Counted from the first letter of the whole stretch, positions 24,351 to 37,044 are shown. The stretch is DNA of 62,481 bases, filler included, from Diploschistes diacapsis (GCA_023645945.1; 10 parts of 10 records of this genome joined end to end with filler, not necessarily neighbours in it); one strand, 5' to 3'. The notes: generated from the letters alone by a model not told the origin. Numbers and translations: made by a program.

Positions 24351-25094
24351 ATCTAACAACATATTTAATCTTACGTTCTTCGAATAGGTCGGTATACGGA
24401 GATTTAAAAGCGTTTACCGTAATTACGAGGCGCGGAAATGTAAAGTCTTATATATAAATATAATGCTAGTATAACGCGGTAACCAATAATTTATTATTAT
24501 ATAAGTCACTTAAGCGCCGTACGGAACGCCTTACATCGATTTAGATCATTATACCGCCGATCTATATAAAATAACGAAGACATTTCCGGCAAACGAAGAC
24601 GCGAAGATCCTTTATATAAAAACGTCGGACGGTATATAGATCATTAATGATCATACTTTACCTATTAAGTTTAATACTTAAACGAAAACATAACACGTTA
24701 TTTAAATAACGCATTACCCTTTAACAGATTTAAATTAAGTTTCATACAATATCAACGCGGAAATGCAATATAGATTAAAAGTCTCTATCGATTATTAAAA
24801 CTAAATAAATATTTCTAGACCGTAAAAGGTCTTACCAAAAACGCTAGCATCTTATATAATCCGAAATCACTTCTATAACCTACGGAACCGTTTATAACGG
24901 ATAAAAATTAAATAATACGCAAAAAAAAACATTACGATAATTCCCTAAAAATATTTAAGAATCCAACGACGATCAAAAAAAAATATTTAATATTTTAAAC
25001 GTTGACCGAAGAAGCGGCCGTCTATATAGAAATTACAATCTTTCTAGAAAGAAGCACGGCGTTCTGCGAGCTGCTCGCCTAATCAAGCAATGGG

Positions 25095-25435
25095 GTCCTT
25101 ATATTATACAAATTATTCGCGGTGAAGTTCGAGCTAACGCTTATAAGTGGCGGCGTCGAAGAAGATATAAACGACGGCAATAGGATCCTTATGCTACTCG
25201 AATTATTTATAATGAAGTTTGAACCAACGTTTGCGGATAACGGCATTAAAAAAGACATAAACGACGGCAATTGGGTTTTTATGTTATTCGAATTATTTAT
25301 AATAAAGTTTAAACCAACGTTTGCGGGTAGCGACGTTAAAGAAGATATAAATAACGATAATTAGATTTTTATGTTATTCAAATTATTTACGGTAAAGTTC
25401 GAGCCAACGTTTACGGGTAACGGCGTCGAAAATAT
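25095..25435. repeat. 90-bp tandem repeat (~3.5 copies), RIP-diverged
   Basis: aagtt(c/t)(g/a)a(g/a)c(c/t)aacg recurs at about 25125, 25215, 25305 and 25395. Confidence 0.85.
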
Positions 25436-25611
25436 GAAAGCCGATATCATAACTTGTTCGACATTATTCAAGAATTCTTCTTATTAATTCTTAATATTGA
25501 CCGCGAAGACCNNNNNNNNNNNNNNNNNNNNNNNNNNNNNNNNNNNNNNNNNNNNTTAATTAATTAANNNNNNNNNNNNNNNNNNNNNNNNNNNNNNNNN
25601 NNNNNNNNNNN

Positions 25612-26075
25612 CTAATAAAACACGCGAGGATCAACGATCATTCAAAACACGTCAACATTACTTATCATCACGTACGAGATTTTATTAAACAAAGACGTAT
25701 TAAGATATCTTATGTTTTTACCGATAAAATGGTTGCTGATAAACTTACGAAACCACTAAATTACTTAAAACACGACGCCTTCATTAAAAAACTCGATTTA
25801 ATCTAAAAGATATTTAATTGAACTATATAATCATACCGGACGATTCCGCCTGTAGGGGAGTGTTGAGTAGATAGGCAGAAGACATAGCTAAAAGTTTAAC
25901 TAAGTTCTAGAAAGAGGTTCAGTTCAGTTGAACCTCCTGGAATCCCAACTAAACCGGTTTAGGAATAATGTAAATAATAGGGCTTAGCGTATCCCATAAG
26001 GATAAAAGTCTGTAAAGTAGGATAACCTCCTAGATAGACCTCTAGACTTCAATATATCCATTACGTTACCAAACA
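25612..26075 (+). mobile_element. Ty1/copia 3' end: RNase H tail, PPT and 3' LTR (~25861-26075)
   Basis: TDKMVADKLTKPL..HDAFIKKL, then the purine tract taggggag and TGTTGAG...CCAAACA. Confidence 0.75.
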
Positions 26076-27413
26076 AAACCGATAATACCATACACGTCAA
26101 ATTAAAATAATATTACCGAAAGATTTATATAAATTATTAAAATAAACATCCGTATTATATTTAAAGAAATGAAACAAGGATACGCTTTCTAAAACGAAAC
26201 AGCATTAACCCAATATTACATCCAAAACAGAACAATAATAAAATTTAAATTAAACGATTTAGTCGCGACGCTTACCGAATATTAACTAAACGAAAAGCCG
26301 TTAATAAATAATACCCGTATTTAGAAATCAAGATACTATAATTACGTAAATCTTAAATCATTATTTAGACGATAAGATAAGTTAATAAATAAAATAAAAC
26401 TAAATATAATAATTAAATACATTAATATCGATAAATAATATAAGATCTAAACACTTGATATTTAAAAGATTATTAGGATTAATTCAGTCAAGTTTAAAAA
26501 AGATAAAACGCTTATTTTTTAAAAACTGAAACTACTTAAAAGCTATAGAAAGGACGATAACGTAATATTTATTCGAAAGTTACTAGGACGTCCAGCCAAC
26601 GATCTAATATCTAGTATTGAAGATGTTAACGACGGGTTAATTATTTACGTCAACGACGGGTTAATTATTCACGTTAAAAACGCATCAATTACGCACGCTA
26701 AAGACGTATCAACGATAAAAGCAAAAGTTTAGTTAAATTATATTAAATCTGAACTATTTGCTCCTACCGAGGATCATAGCACCCTAAAGACCCCTATTTC
26801 CGTTTCATATAATCAACCCGAGCTAGATAATGGTGGCCGACGGTTAGTAAGGAAGTTCTTACGGATTAAGGTTCTAAGAAGAAGAACTGAATTTGAACCC
26901 GAATCTGAACCTAAATTTATTAAATCGAATGTACTAAGATTTATTACGTCAATAACGGGCGTTATATACGTCATTAATAACCCGATTACGCATATAACAC
27001 CCGTTAACATCACGTTAATAACGTCTAGCATATAAAATCCTTAAATAATAAACGACATAAACGACGCTTTAATAATCATAATTATTTAAAATACTAAAAA
27101 GTTTTATAACACGAGTTCTATTATTAACAAGCGACAGCGGGATATCGAACATTTCTTATTAATTAAAATATTAAGGAATTATATAACGTTTATAACCAAT
27201 AAATAGGAAATAGCGAGCGACGTCGGTTTAAGATCGACGCGTGTCAGCGTTTTAAAAAACTATAAGAAGGCCGTGAATAATTTAATCTTCGGACAAGAAT
27301 GGGAAGCAGTAGTAAAGAAAGAAATCGATTCTTTGTTATTAAATTAGAACTAGACTAAACTACCTAAACCATTTAAATCCATCAATATTATAAGCTCAAG
27401 ATAGGTTTTCGAT
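26076..27413 (+). mobile_element. RIP-mutated Ty1/copia pol fragment (integrase-RT region)
   Basis: KNYKKAV..QEWEAVVKKEIDSLLLN*N*..P..ISSR*VF matches the start of copia RT. Confidence 0.7.
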
Positions 27414-27513
27414 NNNNNNNNNNNNNNNNNNNNNNNNNNNNNNNNNNNNNNNNNNNNTTAATTAATTAANNNNNNNNNNNNNNNNNNNNNNNNNNNNNNN
27501 NNNNNNNNNNNNN

Positions 27514-28740
27514 TATTTATATGTGCCCTGTTCCTACCTAGATAGTTCCTTCTTCACCTTTTCGAATCTGAACCATTCAGCCTACAGATTGCAGCTACAC
27601 GTAATCCTTCCGGATTAGGCCCAGCCCCCGGTAGTGTAGTATTCCTGTAGGGGCGTTCTACATTCGAAAAGGTCCTTCAGGGCTACCTGCTCGGCTCAAA
27701 ACCTGAGATATTCAGCCTACATTACCTACGAAAAAGAATCTAGACCTAATCTTACCTAATACTACCTACGCGAGCTGACGCGTTTTTAAAAATGAAGGTT
27801 TACGACATTTAAAAGCGACGAAAAACTTCCTACGACATTTACCTAAAAACGACGAAAACCTCTTACGAACGAGTAAAAGATCGATTAATTAGAACCTCGA
27901 TCTAATCAATATTCAGTTATAGTTATAGCTGAAATACTAGATCTAATCTTATCTATCGCGATAAAATATTATTTAAACGAATAACCTAATAATAATAGAT
28001 CTACGACACACCTACCTAAAACGATTACAGCTCCTAGAACGACGAAAAGCTCTTATAACCAAACAACAAGCGAAAGATCGATTAATCAAAATATTCGATC
28101 TAATTTAATCAATTACGATAAAAGAACTTAGGATCCTATACAAATTAAACACATCCTTTCAACCTTTCAAACCTTCATTTCATCAACAAACAAACCTTCA
28201 TTTCGCTATCTTTCGAAATCGATTTCAGCTGCCACAACTGCTGCTATTACTACTGCTTTTCGCCCTAAAAGTCGCCTATTTTCAATACTATTGATCTAAT
28301 AGCATCCATTTACGACGCCGAAACTTAAAAGAAACAAGATCGAGCACGTGTCTACGTGTATTACGGGTTAAAGACAATAAAGGGAAAAGGAACTGGACTA
28401 GACCGAAAAAAATATGATATTAAGGCATAAAAGGAACAGATATCTGATCTAGGAAAGGGGTTTTATTTTAGTTTTGTTTAGTTTTGTTTTGTTGTTAGGG
28501 GACAGCAACAGTTTAAAAAGAGGGATAGTGAAACATCCTAAACGTTTATAAGTTCAAGGGTTGAACCCCGTAGGGCAATAAGGCTGACCTTGGGGGTATT
28601 TATACCTCGCTACTGCCCACCTAAATACTTCTTCACCTCTTCGAATCTGAACCATTCAACCTACAGATTGCAGCTACACGTAATCCTTCCGGATTAGGCC
28701 CAGCCCCCAGTAGTGTAGTATTCCTGTAGGGGCGTTCTAA
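27514..28740 (+). mobile_element. Non-autonomous LTR element (TRIM-like); partial 5' LTR ends 27662, 3' LTR 28529-28740
   Basis: ~130-bp near-identical direct repeats; purine tract aaaaagagggatag before TGAAAC; internal region only ~866 bp. Confidence 0.7.
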
Positions 28741-29759
28741 TTAATGGTTATTTTTTTTAAGATTTTTGGCTTTCGGACGGCGGGAACGCGGGAACGATTT
28801 ATTAAAATCTTTCTCGATATATTTCCGTTAGGTAGAATTACTTATATTTTCCGATCTATTTTTTTAGGTTTCTCGGTATTTTTTATAATGATTTTTTATA
28901 TATCCGGTTCTCGTTTTTTCGTATTATTAGATATAATAGGCTATGGAGTAATAATAGTAGGCCGTATGTATCTTCTTTTTTTAACGTTTTTGTTCTATGG
29001 GAGCCGTTGCTTTTCGATCGTCTTTTTTTTAGGACCCGGCGACGTTCGTTAAATTTCGGATCCAAAAGGTTTCTCCGTTCAGGTGTATCCTTCTGTTGTT
29101 TAGCAGGGCGTCCCCTAGTTGCTGTATTGAATTTATATATATCATATATATCCTGATAATTGGCCTCGTATGACTGAATAGAAAAGCGGTTTATCATCTT
29201 TTCATTATTTTCCTCTTTTTTGAAATCTTTAGGTCTAAATCCAGCATTAATTATATTATAGGCTGGCATTTGGTATAAGGACCTAATCTAAACCTATTAT
29301 AAAGGACGAGGANNNNNNNNNNNNNNNNNNNNNNNNNNNNNNNNNNNNNNNNNNNNTTAATTAATTAANNNNNNNNNNNNNNNNNNNNNNNNNNNNNNNN
29401 NNNNNNNNNNNNAAGTCTTATAATATCTTTTTATAGCTTTTTAGCTTTTTAATAATCTCGTTTTAAAAACCAATAACGGCCTTATTTCCGTATTAATAGG
29501 TTATAATCTTATCTTAAGACATTTTTTCGTAATCGTATGATAGGTCTCGCTCATCCGTTTTAAAACTCGTGTTTCGTATCGTAGCCGCGGATCTTAATAT
29601 GCGAGTGCATCCGCAGCCAAAGATAACCGAAAATGTCGTACTCGCGTGATAACTATAAAGTTATATCTAGGGTCATAAACCCTGCCGAAGAGCTAAGGAT
29701 ATAAATCGAAAAAATACAGAACGGAATGATACCCGAGTCCCAAGCAAGCGAAAGAACAG

Positions 29760-30340
29760 CGAGAGAACATCGAAGGCGGGATATAACATTTAATATTTTT
29801 TGTCGACTATTGTTCCCATGTTGAGTAATAGAGAGGGTGTTTGAAGGATACAAGAATCGAACTGCCTTCGGGTAGAACCAATTATCTGAATCGCACGTTA
29901 TGTCGGCAAGCTTTGCAGGTGGGCACAACGACATAGCCTTCGTGGCACGGGGATAGAGATAAGCCATTTAGTGGCACATTTACTCGACGATATCCGCAAC
30001 GGAATATAAGAAAAATTACCTCCTATATGACGTACCTGGCACTAAAAAGATATCAATATATCTTGCTTTAGCCACGGAATTCAGATTATTTATATATACG
30101 ATTAACGTATATGCATAGCGAGCGGATACTTATAGCGAGCGAACATCCTTCGATTCGTATATGTTATAATTATATTTACGCAATTAATTCTTACGATAAT
30201 TTATTATATTAATTATTAATATCTTCATTAAAAGCTATAACTTCTATTTTACAAGTTCGCGTATTATGCCCGGATTAATTATATTTATTATAACGTCGTA
30301 CGCGTAATCCGATCTCCTTCGTACGACTCTGATTTTTAGA
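29760..30340 (-). pseudogene. RIP-mutated Argonaute/PIWI-domain C-terminal fragment
   Basis: Single frame L*VSARYAY...VADIVE*MCH*MAYLYPRATKAMSLCPPAKLADITC resembles the fungal Ago motif ADxLExLTHxMCYLFGRATKAVSICPPAYYADxxC. Confidence 0.6.
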
Positions 30341-30342
30341 TA

Positions 30343-30838
30343 ACGTGTTTCACGGTCAGCTCGGCCACCCCCAAAGCTCGGTCACCTTTAATCACTACCG
30401 CCAACATTCTACAGTTTTCAAATATAACTTATTCGTCGTAATCAGCATCTAATCGATCTAAATGGAATCTATTTTCTTCCTTTTTATCCTCCTCGATTTT
30501 AAAAACGCGAAGACGTTTTTTACGCGTTATAAATCGTTTCGAAATTATCCGACTCGATTTAACCCGAATTACTATCTTAAGAACTTTGTTTATACTAAAC
30601 ATAAAACGACCTTTTAATTTAATTCGTTTATTTAATTTATATTTTTTACGATTATTAAAAAGCGTTTTTTATTTTCGGTTTTCTTTACGAAACGTTATAA
30701 ACTTAATATACGTCGATTTAAACATACGGATTATTTGATTCGAATAACGTCGAATCGAATTAATTAATTTTAAAACGGTTCGTAACGTTTCATTAAATTT
30801 CTTATTAATTTTTTATAATTCGTATAGTTCAACGTATA
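30343..30838 (-). mobile_element. Fot1/pogo-like DNA transposon 3' end with TIR (TA|ACGTGTTTCACGG...)
   Basis: TA target plus ACGT-starting TIR; reverse-complement homology with about 57050-57549. Confidence 0.7.
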
Positions 30839-31211
30839 TATTAAGTCTAAAGATCTATTAAGAGGAAGAACCTATATATAAGCCTTTATACCTATAGGAT
30901 CCGCTAAGCTTTATAGGCTTGCGCTACTCCCAATCCGGATTAGCAGGAATTTAAGTGCGTTTAGTTGAACCTTTCAGCTATGCATTCTATTTATCTGTTC
31001 AACACTCCCCCACGGGCGGAATTATCGGTATGTTTATCTAGTTTAGTTGGATACCTTCTATAGTAATTCAAGTCCTTTAATGAATATGTCATGTTTGGTA
31101 TAGTTTAATAGCTTTGTTAATCCGTCAGTAATTATTTTGTTAATAGATATATAAATAATATTAAAACGGCCTCGCCTAACTAGGTCCCGTATATAGTGAT
31201 AAATAATATCG
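30839..31211 (-). mobile_element. Ty1/copia 3' end (RNase H, PPT, LTR ~30839-31004) adjoining the Fot1-like element
   Basis: DIIYHYIRDLV..IITDGLTKLL on the minus strand; tgggggag|TGTTGAA. Confidence 0.7.
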
Positions 31212-31311
31212 NNNNNNNNNNNNNNNNNNNNNNNNNNNNNNNNNNNNNNNNNNNNTTAATTAATTAANNNNNNNNNNNNNNNNNNNNNNNNNNNNNNNNN
31301 NNNNNNNNNNN

Positions 31312-31499
31312 TCTTTAACGATTATTCGAGATTAATTTATATTCGTTATCTTCTATTATTAAAAAGCAATCTTTTTAAAAGATCAGAATAGACCTGTTAC
31401 CGATTTATTTCTTCTCCTTTTATACTTCTTTTCTACGAGAGACCAAACCCACCTTGATTAATACCTCGTGTCTACGTTGTAGAGATAGAGATTATAACA
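31312..31499 (+). mobile_element. Partial LTR of the TGTTACGATC...GATCATAACA family
   Basis: Homologous to about 32700-32890 and 58480-58661, and in reverse to 57945-58150. Confidence 0.6.
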
Positions 31500-32436
31500 T
31501 TGCCTACTGCAGTTATCCTAGATGATTCCATATTATCTACCCCTCCCGATTTAGGTTCAGTTTTGGACAAAACACCTGAATAGTAAAAGAAAGATTAATC
31601 TAAAGTAAACTATTAGATTATAATTTATATAAAGGAGATCGACTAAGAACGTTTTCGTAGTTTGTTTACTACGAAAGCTAGATAGGATTCTTTATAGGCA
31701 AAATATCAGGCGATTATTAAACCTGAATGTTGCTAACTAAATCTTAAGTTCGCCAATTATAAACTTAAGGAAGGCACGATTATTTAGGAAGTATGAATAT
31801 ATTTAATGAAACTTTTGAAAAAGCTGTCGTATGGACGAACCGAGTACGCCCTAAAAATTCCATTTTAAATAATTATTTGCAGTATTGTCGTTTAATTACG
31901 GAGTTATTATCGACGCCATTAACACGTAAATCGATAATGTTTTATTCGTCGATATCGACTTCGATAAATAGCTTAATAGGCTTATCGACAAGTAAGATAA
32001 GCTGATAGAAGAGATTACAGTATATTTCTTACGTTATAATGTAAACATAAAAGTAGGCGGACAGACTTGGTGGGGGTGGTCCCCACAGGGCAGCTCCATT
32101 TAAGGAGGCCTGCTAGGTAGCTCTAGACAATCAATACATCCTATACCTTACAAATATCCTATCTAAATATGCTATTAACTACGAAATCACACTACATTCC
32201 TTTACTACATTATCTACGACTACCGACATATTACAGCAAGAGAAGTTTCTTTAGACAGCGCGTTTTGTGTTTATAATGAAAATTAATCTAAGGATTTATC
32301 TAAGGACCCTTCCACATCTTATGAAAGGTAAGAAGAAGATTACGATTTAAAAGTTTTAGATATGATAAAAAATATTATTTATAAAAATATAAAAAGAGAA
32401 AGGAAAGAAATATTTAATTATTCTTAAATGGCCTAT

Positions 32437-33110
32437 TGTTACGATCCAAGGTACTAGTCGGTAGTACTTAGCACGCAACAGCTAGTCGGGCACTTCCCAA
32501 CCACTCCTTATATATAGTCCAATTAGGGTAACACGGGTCACGTAATGAATAAAAGGTCTAAAAGACCATTCTACCCAATCGTAAATAGAAAGAAAGAACG
32601 GTAATTCTATTTATTTACTTATTTATTTTATTAAGAGAGTTATTAATTATATAAAAACGTCGTTATAGCCTCCGTAAGTTTAGGGCGTATTTATTTTTAT
32701 AGATATCTTTAATTATTACTCGGGATCAATCTATATTCGTTATTTCTATCATTAAAGAGCCTTCTTTCTAAAAATAATTTAAGATCTATAATTATTTTAT
32801 CTTTTTTTCTTATTATATTCCTTTTCTAATAGAAATTAAACCTATCTTAATCTTACTCGTGTATATCTTGTATAGATAGAGATCATAATACTTAAACATT
32901 TCTAGAATGAATATCTTAGGTAACATAACCGAGCGATCGCCACCGATAATTAAATCCGTATTACCTCGGATGCTTAAGGAGGCGATTTTATAGAGCGAGA
33001 CCGATATCCCGATAACGGATATTACGGAAATTAAAGATGACGATCCCGGAAGTAACGATAAATTTAACGAAAATAATCCGCACAAAAAATTTACTATAAA
33101 AGCTATAAAG
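32437..33110 (+). mobile_element. 454-bp LTR (32437-32890) followed by start of gag-like region
   Basis: TGTTACGATC...GATCATAATA termini; a same-length copy lies at 58208-58661. Confidence 0.65.
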
Positions 33111-33801
33111 NNNNNNNNNNNNNNNNNNNNNNNNNNNNNNNNNNNNNNNNNNNNTTAATTAATTAANNNNNNNNNNNNNNNNNNNNNNNNNNNNNNNNNN
33201 NNNNNNNNNNCCCCCGGCCCCGAAAAGGAAGGCTAGAGGTTTGAGATCGAGGTTGAAGCGGGGGATGATTCGTAAGACCCCGAGAACCAACCAACGACCC
33301 AAACGTCCGTAATACGGTGGACAACATACAGAAGTAACGGCTAGACTAGGGGAAAACGAACGTGAATGGAAGCGTATTTATTGTAGGCACGCAGGCACGC
33401 AGGGGCACGCAGGACAGAAGACTATTGGTTGTATTTCGTATTTCGTATTGCAATATTTCGTATATGACGCTTTATCTTGGTGGCCTAAATGTAAAAGTCA
33501 CGGCACGCTACTGCTGCTGCTGCTGCTGCTGCAACAAAACACTGCCATCGTGTCTGCGCAAACTCCAGGCCAGGCGCCAGCCCACCCTCCGAAGCCTGTG
33601 CGGGAAAGCGTGTGATTCGAAATATATGCATCTCGAGAGAAGCCCGTGCGAAGCTCGGATGCCCGAGACAATTTATACAATCACGCGTTTCGTGGCTTGC
33701 ATCACAGAAACCGGACGAAGGAAAAAAGACACCTCAAACCTACAGAGAGCGTCGCGATCCAAGACTTGGGAAGGATCGGCTCGCCACCAGTGAACATATA
33801 C

Positions 33802-36800
33802 TCAAAGCGTCCCGTCCTGCGCGATAGCATTGATGTTCTCCCCGTTCACCCCAAAGAACTGGTACCTGCAGCCCACTGTCAGTATGCCCTCAAGCCAACA
33901 GTACAAGACTCACCAATCCTCGACATTCAGCGTAGTGGGCACGCTCTGCCCCGTAATGCTGCTGTTGCTCCACGTATCGTCCGGACTCAGCTGCCCCCAA
34001 CCCCCCTGTTGGCCACCACTATCCGCCTGTATTGCACCGCTGCTCATGCTGCTCTGACTGCCTAGTCTCTGCTGCTGCCGCGCCCCCAGATGCCCTTGCG
34101 CCTGGCCCGGCATTCTCATCCCCGCTCCCATCGTCGGGTTGGCCATGCCCGCCATCTGCAGCGCCGGGTCCAGATTAGTTTGCCCCGTCCCATACCCCTG
34201 CGCCATATCCAGCTCCGCCGTATCGGGGAAGAGCTGGTCGGGCTGAAAGTTCTCCCAGAGGGATTGGGAAATATTCGGTGAATTCCTTGTCACGAGGTAC
34301 AGATCTGGCGGAGAGGCGGCCATGGAGTAAGGGACATTGAAGGGAGATCCGGGTCGAGTAGTGGCCCGAGACTGAGCGGGGCCGAACAGGGAGTCTGGTG
34401 CAGCATGGTGGCGCATAGTGGGGGAGATGGTGGGCATCGGGGCCAGGGTCCGGGTAGAGCTTTGGCCTTGGACGTTTTGCTCGTGGTTCGGCGTGATGGC
34501 AGGGCTTTGGGGGCGAGAGCGCTCGAAGGAGACCTGCGGGGCGGGAAGGCCAGCGGGGTACCCAAGCGACATGTCTTCGAAGCGCGTTTTGGGTGGGGAG
34601 TCCGGAGCGGAGCCCTGCGGAGCGTCGAGGCGTCGTTTTTTGTGACGCTTGCCTGCGGCCTTCTGGAGCCTTTCTTCGAGGCTCTTGTTGCCGAGAATAG
34701 ACATGAAGAGCGTGTGTACCATCTTGGCGACGAGCCAGACCTTTGACACTTCCTTCAGGGCGTCCATGCAGATTTGGATGCGCTCTTGCGTGGCTGCGAC
34801 CACCGATGGATTGTACGAGCGCATCTGGTAAACATGCATTATGAGCGCGGAGAAGAGACTATATACGCTACGCAGAGCGTTAGCGAAGTACAGCGTCCAC
34901 ACGTGCACGTCTTACACAAAAGCTGGAGTATATCGCAGTTCGTTGTGTGCTTGCAAGCCTTCCACTATCGAAGTTATCATTCCCGCAGCCTGGAAAGCAA
35001 TGTTTCTGGAGGGATAAGCAGCATCATCAGGGTAAGAGTTGGCCGAAGTAGTTGCGGGAGGCATATGCGCCCTATGTAGAAGGCAAAGGGTAGTACTAAA
35101 AGCGTATCAGCATTGCATTCCTGGCTGCATGCCGGAAACGTACTAATAGTTCGAATGCAGCAATGCTGACCAAAAGTGGTGTCGACTCTTCTCCCATCGA
35201 ACCTCCTTTGGGCAGTTCTGAAGCCAATCAGCGAGCGCCATGTCGCTGTGTGTCAGATTGATAGCGTTCTGCCTGCCGGCTTTTGAGGCTACGGAATATT
35301 GTTGGGACAGAACAAGCCCCATGATTTCGCAGAGGCGGACGTATTGGAGGAAAAATTGCACATGAGTATGGTCAGCTGGGCATTCGGCAGCATGGTCGAC
35401 CTCATCCTCGATGAAGTCGTCTTCGGTGATCATCTCCACGTCCGAGTCGTCCACGTTGATGTGGATAGGCCGACCGAGAGCCACGGCGACAGAGCGGTCC
35501 CTAGTGAACAGAGTCCACCAGATTCGCTTCCACAGTCGCTTGTCCGGTCGACTCAGCTGTGAGCTTTCGACACTTTTGTGTTCGTAAGTACCATTCTGCC
35601 AAGTGACGAACAAGGTACGTACCTCCGATGCATGCCTGAGCCCTGAGCGACAATTGTAGCTACTCTACTCCAGTAGAACACGTTCTTCGTGACATCTGTA
35701 GAGGACTTCAGACAGCTCCAAGGGCAGCGTCGAGTTCGATTTACCTTCAGGACCTTCCCAATACCAGCCCATCAAGACAAGTGCCTGCACGATCGTCACG
35801 CGGTCATCTTCGTAATTGGCATCGTACAGTGCTTTTGCGCGCTTGTAGAAGGTCATTGCGGCAGGAGTCGTTGAACCGTTCGCGTCCATGAGTTGTGGAT
35901 TCGAGCATACGCGGGAGCCCGCCAGCAATATGGCTTGCAACAGAAGGAGCGAAGGTGGATTCTTGTTGTCTCGGTACCTCCGCATGAATCTGCTCTTGTT
36001 GATGACCGGCACGACAGGGGCGACCCATTTGAAAAACGAATCGACGAGTTCGTCGCAGAGAGCCCTCGGGGGCAAAAGGAAAGCTCCTCTCTGATGCAGA
36101 ATTTCAATCTCGACATTGTCGATTTCCGTCATTCGAGCTCGAATGCCCTTGACCGTGTCCGGCAGCGGGTAATGTACCACATCGGAGGTGCCATGCTTGT
36201 CGTGGACCAACAGAGACAGGTTTGACGATTCTCCCAAGTATGCCACCCTTCCAGCCTCTTTGATCGGCGCTCTGGCGAACTTCGGCTTCATGAATTGAGC
36301 GTATGTTCCGTTTTGGTTGATCTGCTGAACGACTTGATCCTCCGCCAGGTTGACCGCAGGCATGCCATTTCGGCTGGCGGCGGCCTGGCCGCTCCTGGAC
36401 CTGCCAACGCTTCCGTCAACCGAGGGTGACTTTTCAGCGTCATTGTCTTCTCGTTCGCTTTCCAAATTGTGTTAGCTCCGGTGGTCAGACGTGTTTCGCG
36501 CTGTAACAGATCTCAGTAACAGATCTCACCTGTCCGAGTCCTTGCCTTTGCTGTGTGTCTTCTTTCTTTTCGGCGGCGGTATCTTGCACTCTATCGAAAA
36601 GGCAACGCAATTGGTGCACGGCACGCCCAGGCTGGCAGCATCGCATCGCACCTGACAGGCGACGTTCAGCCAGCATGCTTCTTCCACACGGGAGGATTAG
36701 GTTGCACTGGACGTACCTTGCGCGAATGGCAGGTCTACGTTGAGCATAGATCGTTAGCCATCAGTAGACCGAGGTGCCGAGGCATGGTGGGATTTGGCAG

Positions 36801-37044
36801 GTCTTGGGCGGGCATGGGGATTTCATAAATATAGCTCACCTCGCACGCCCTCGATGCCCGTTGTCTGATAGTAGATGTCGCGTGAGCAAACTGATTCTGC
36901 AAGCACATTCATGGGTTTTGTATACCTTCTGAAGCTCGGATGGCCCGGCGTCTGGTTGCTCGGAGCCTGGTTTGTAGGGGTTGCCGCAAGAGCACTCGGT
37001 TTTGCAGCAGCAGGAGCCGCCATGGAGGATGCGTCGTCGACCAT
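33802..37044 (-). CDS. CTF1: Zn(II)2Cys6 transcription factor, cutinase transcription factor 1 alpha / FarA; multi-exon
   Basis: Spliced RASRACE|TCHARK|VRCDAASLGVPCTNCVAFSIEC; fungal TF domain (LWKRIWWTLFTRDR); C-terminus PTTLNVEDW|YQFFG. Confidence 0.9.

Noticed and set aside
28744..29269. ORFs of 102 and 128 aa in an AT-rich contig
   Set aside because: I/K/N/F/Y-biased remnants of RIP-mutated retroelement sequence, not functional genes
23610..33210. Regular ~1.9-kb periodicity of TTAATTAATTAA as a biological array
   Set aside because: Artificial six-frame-stop linker between size-sorted contigs
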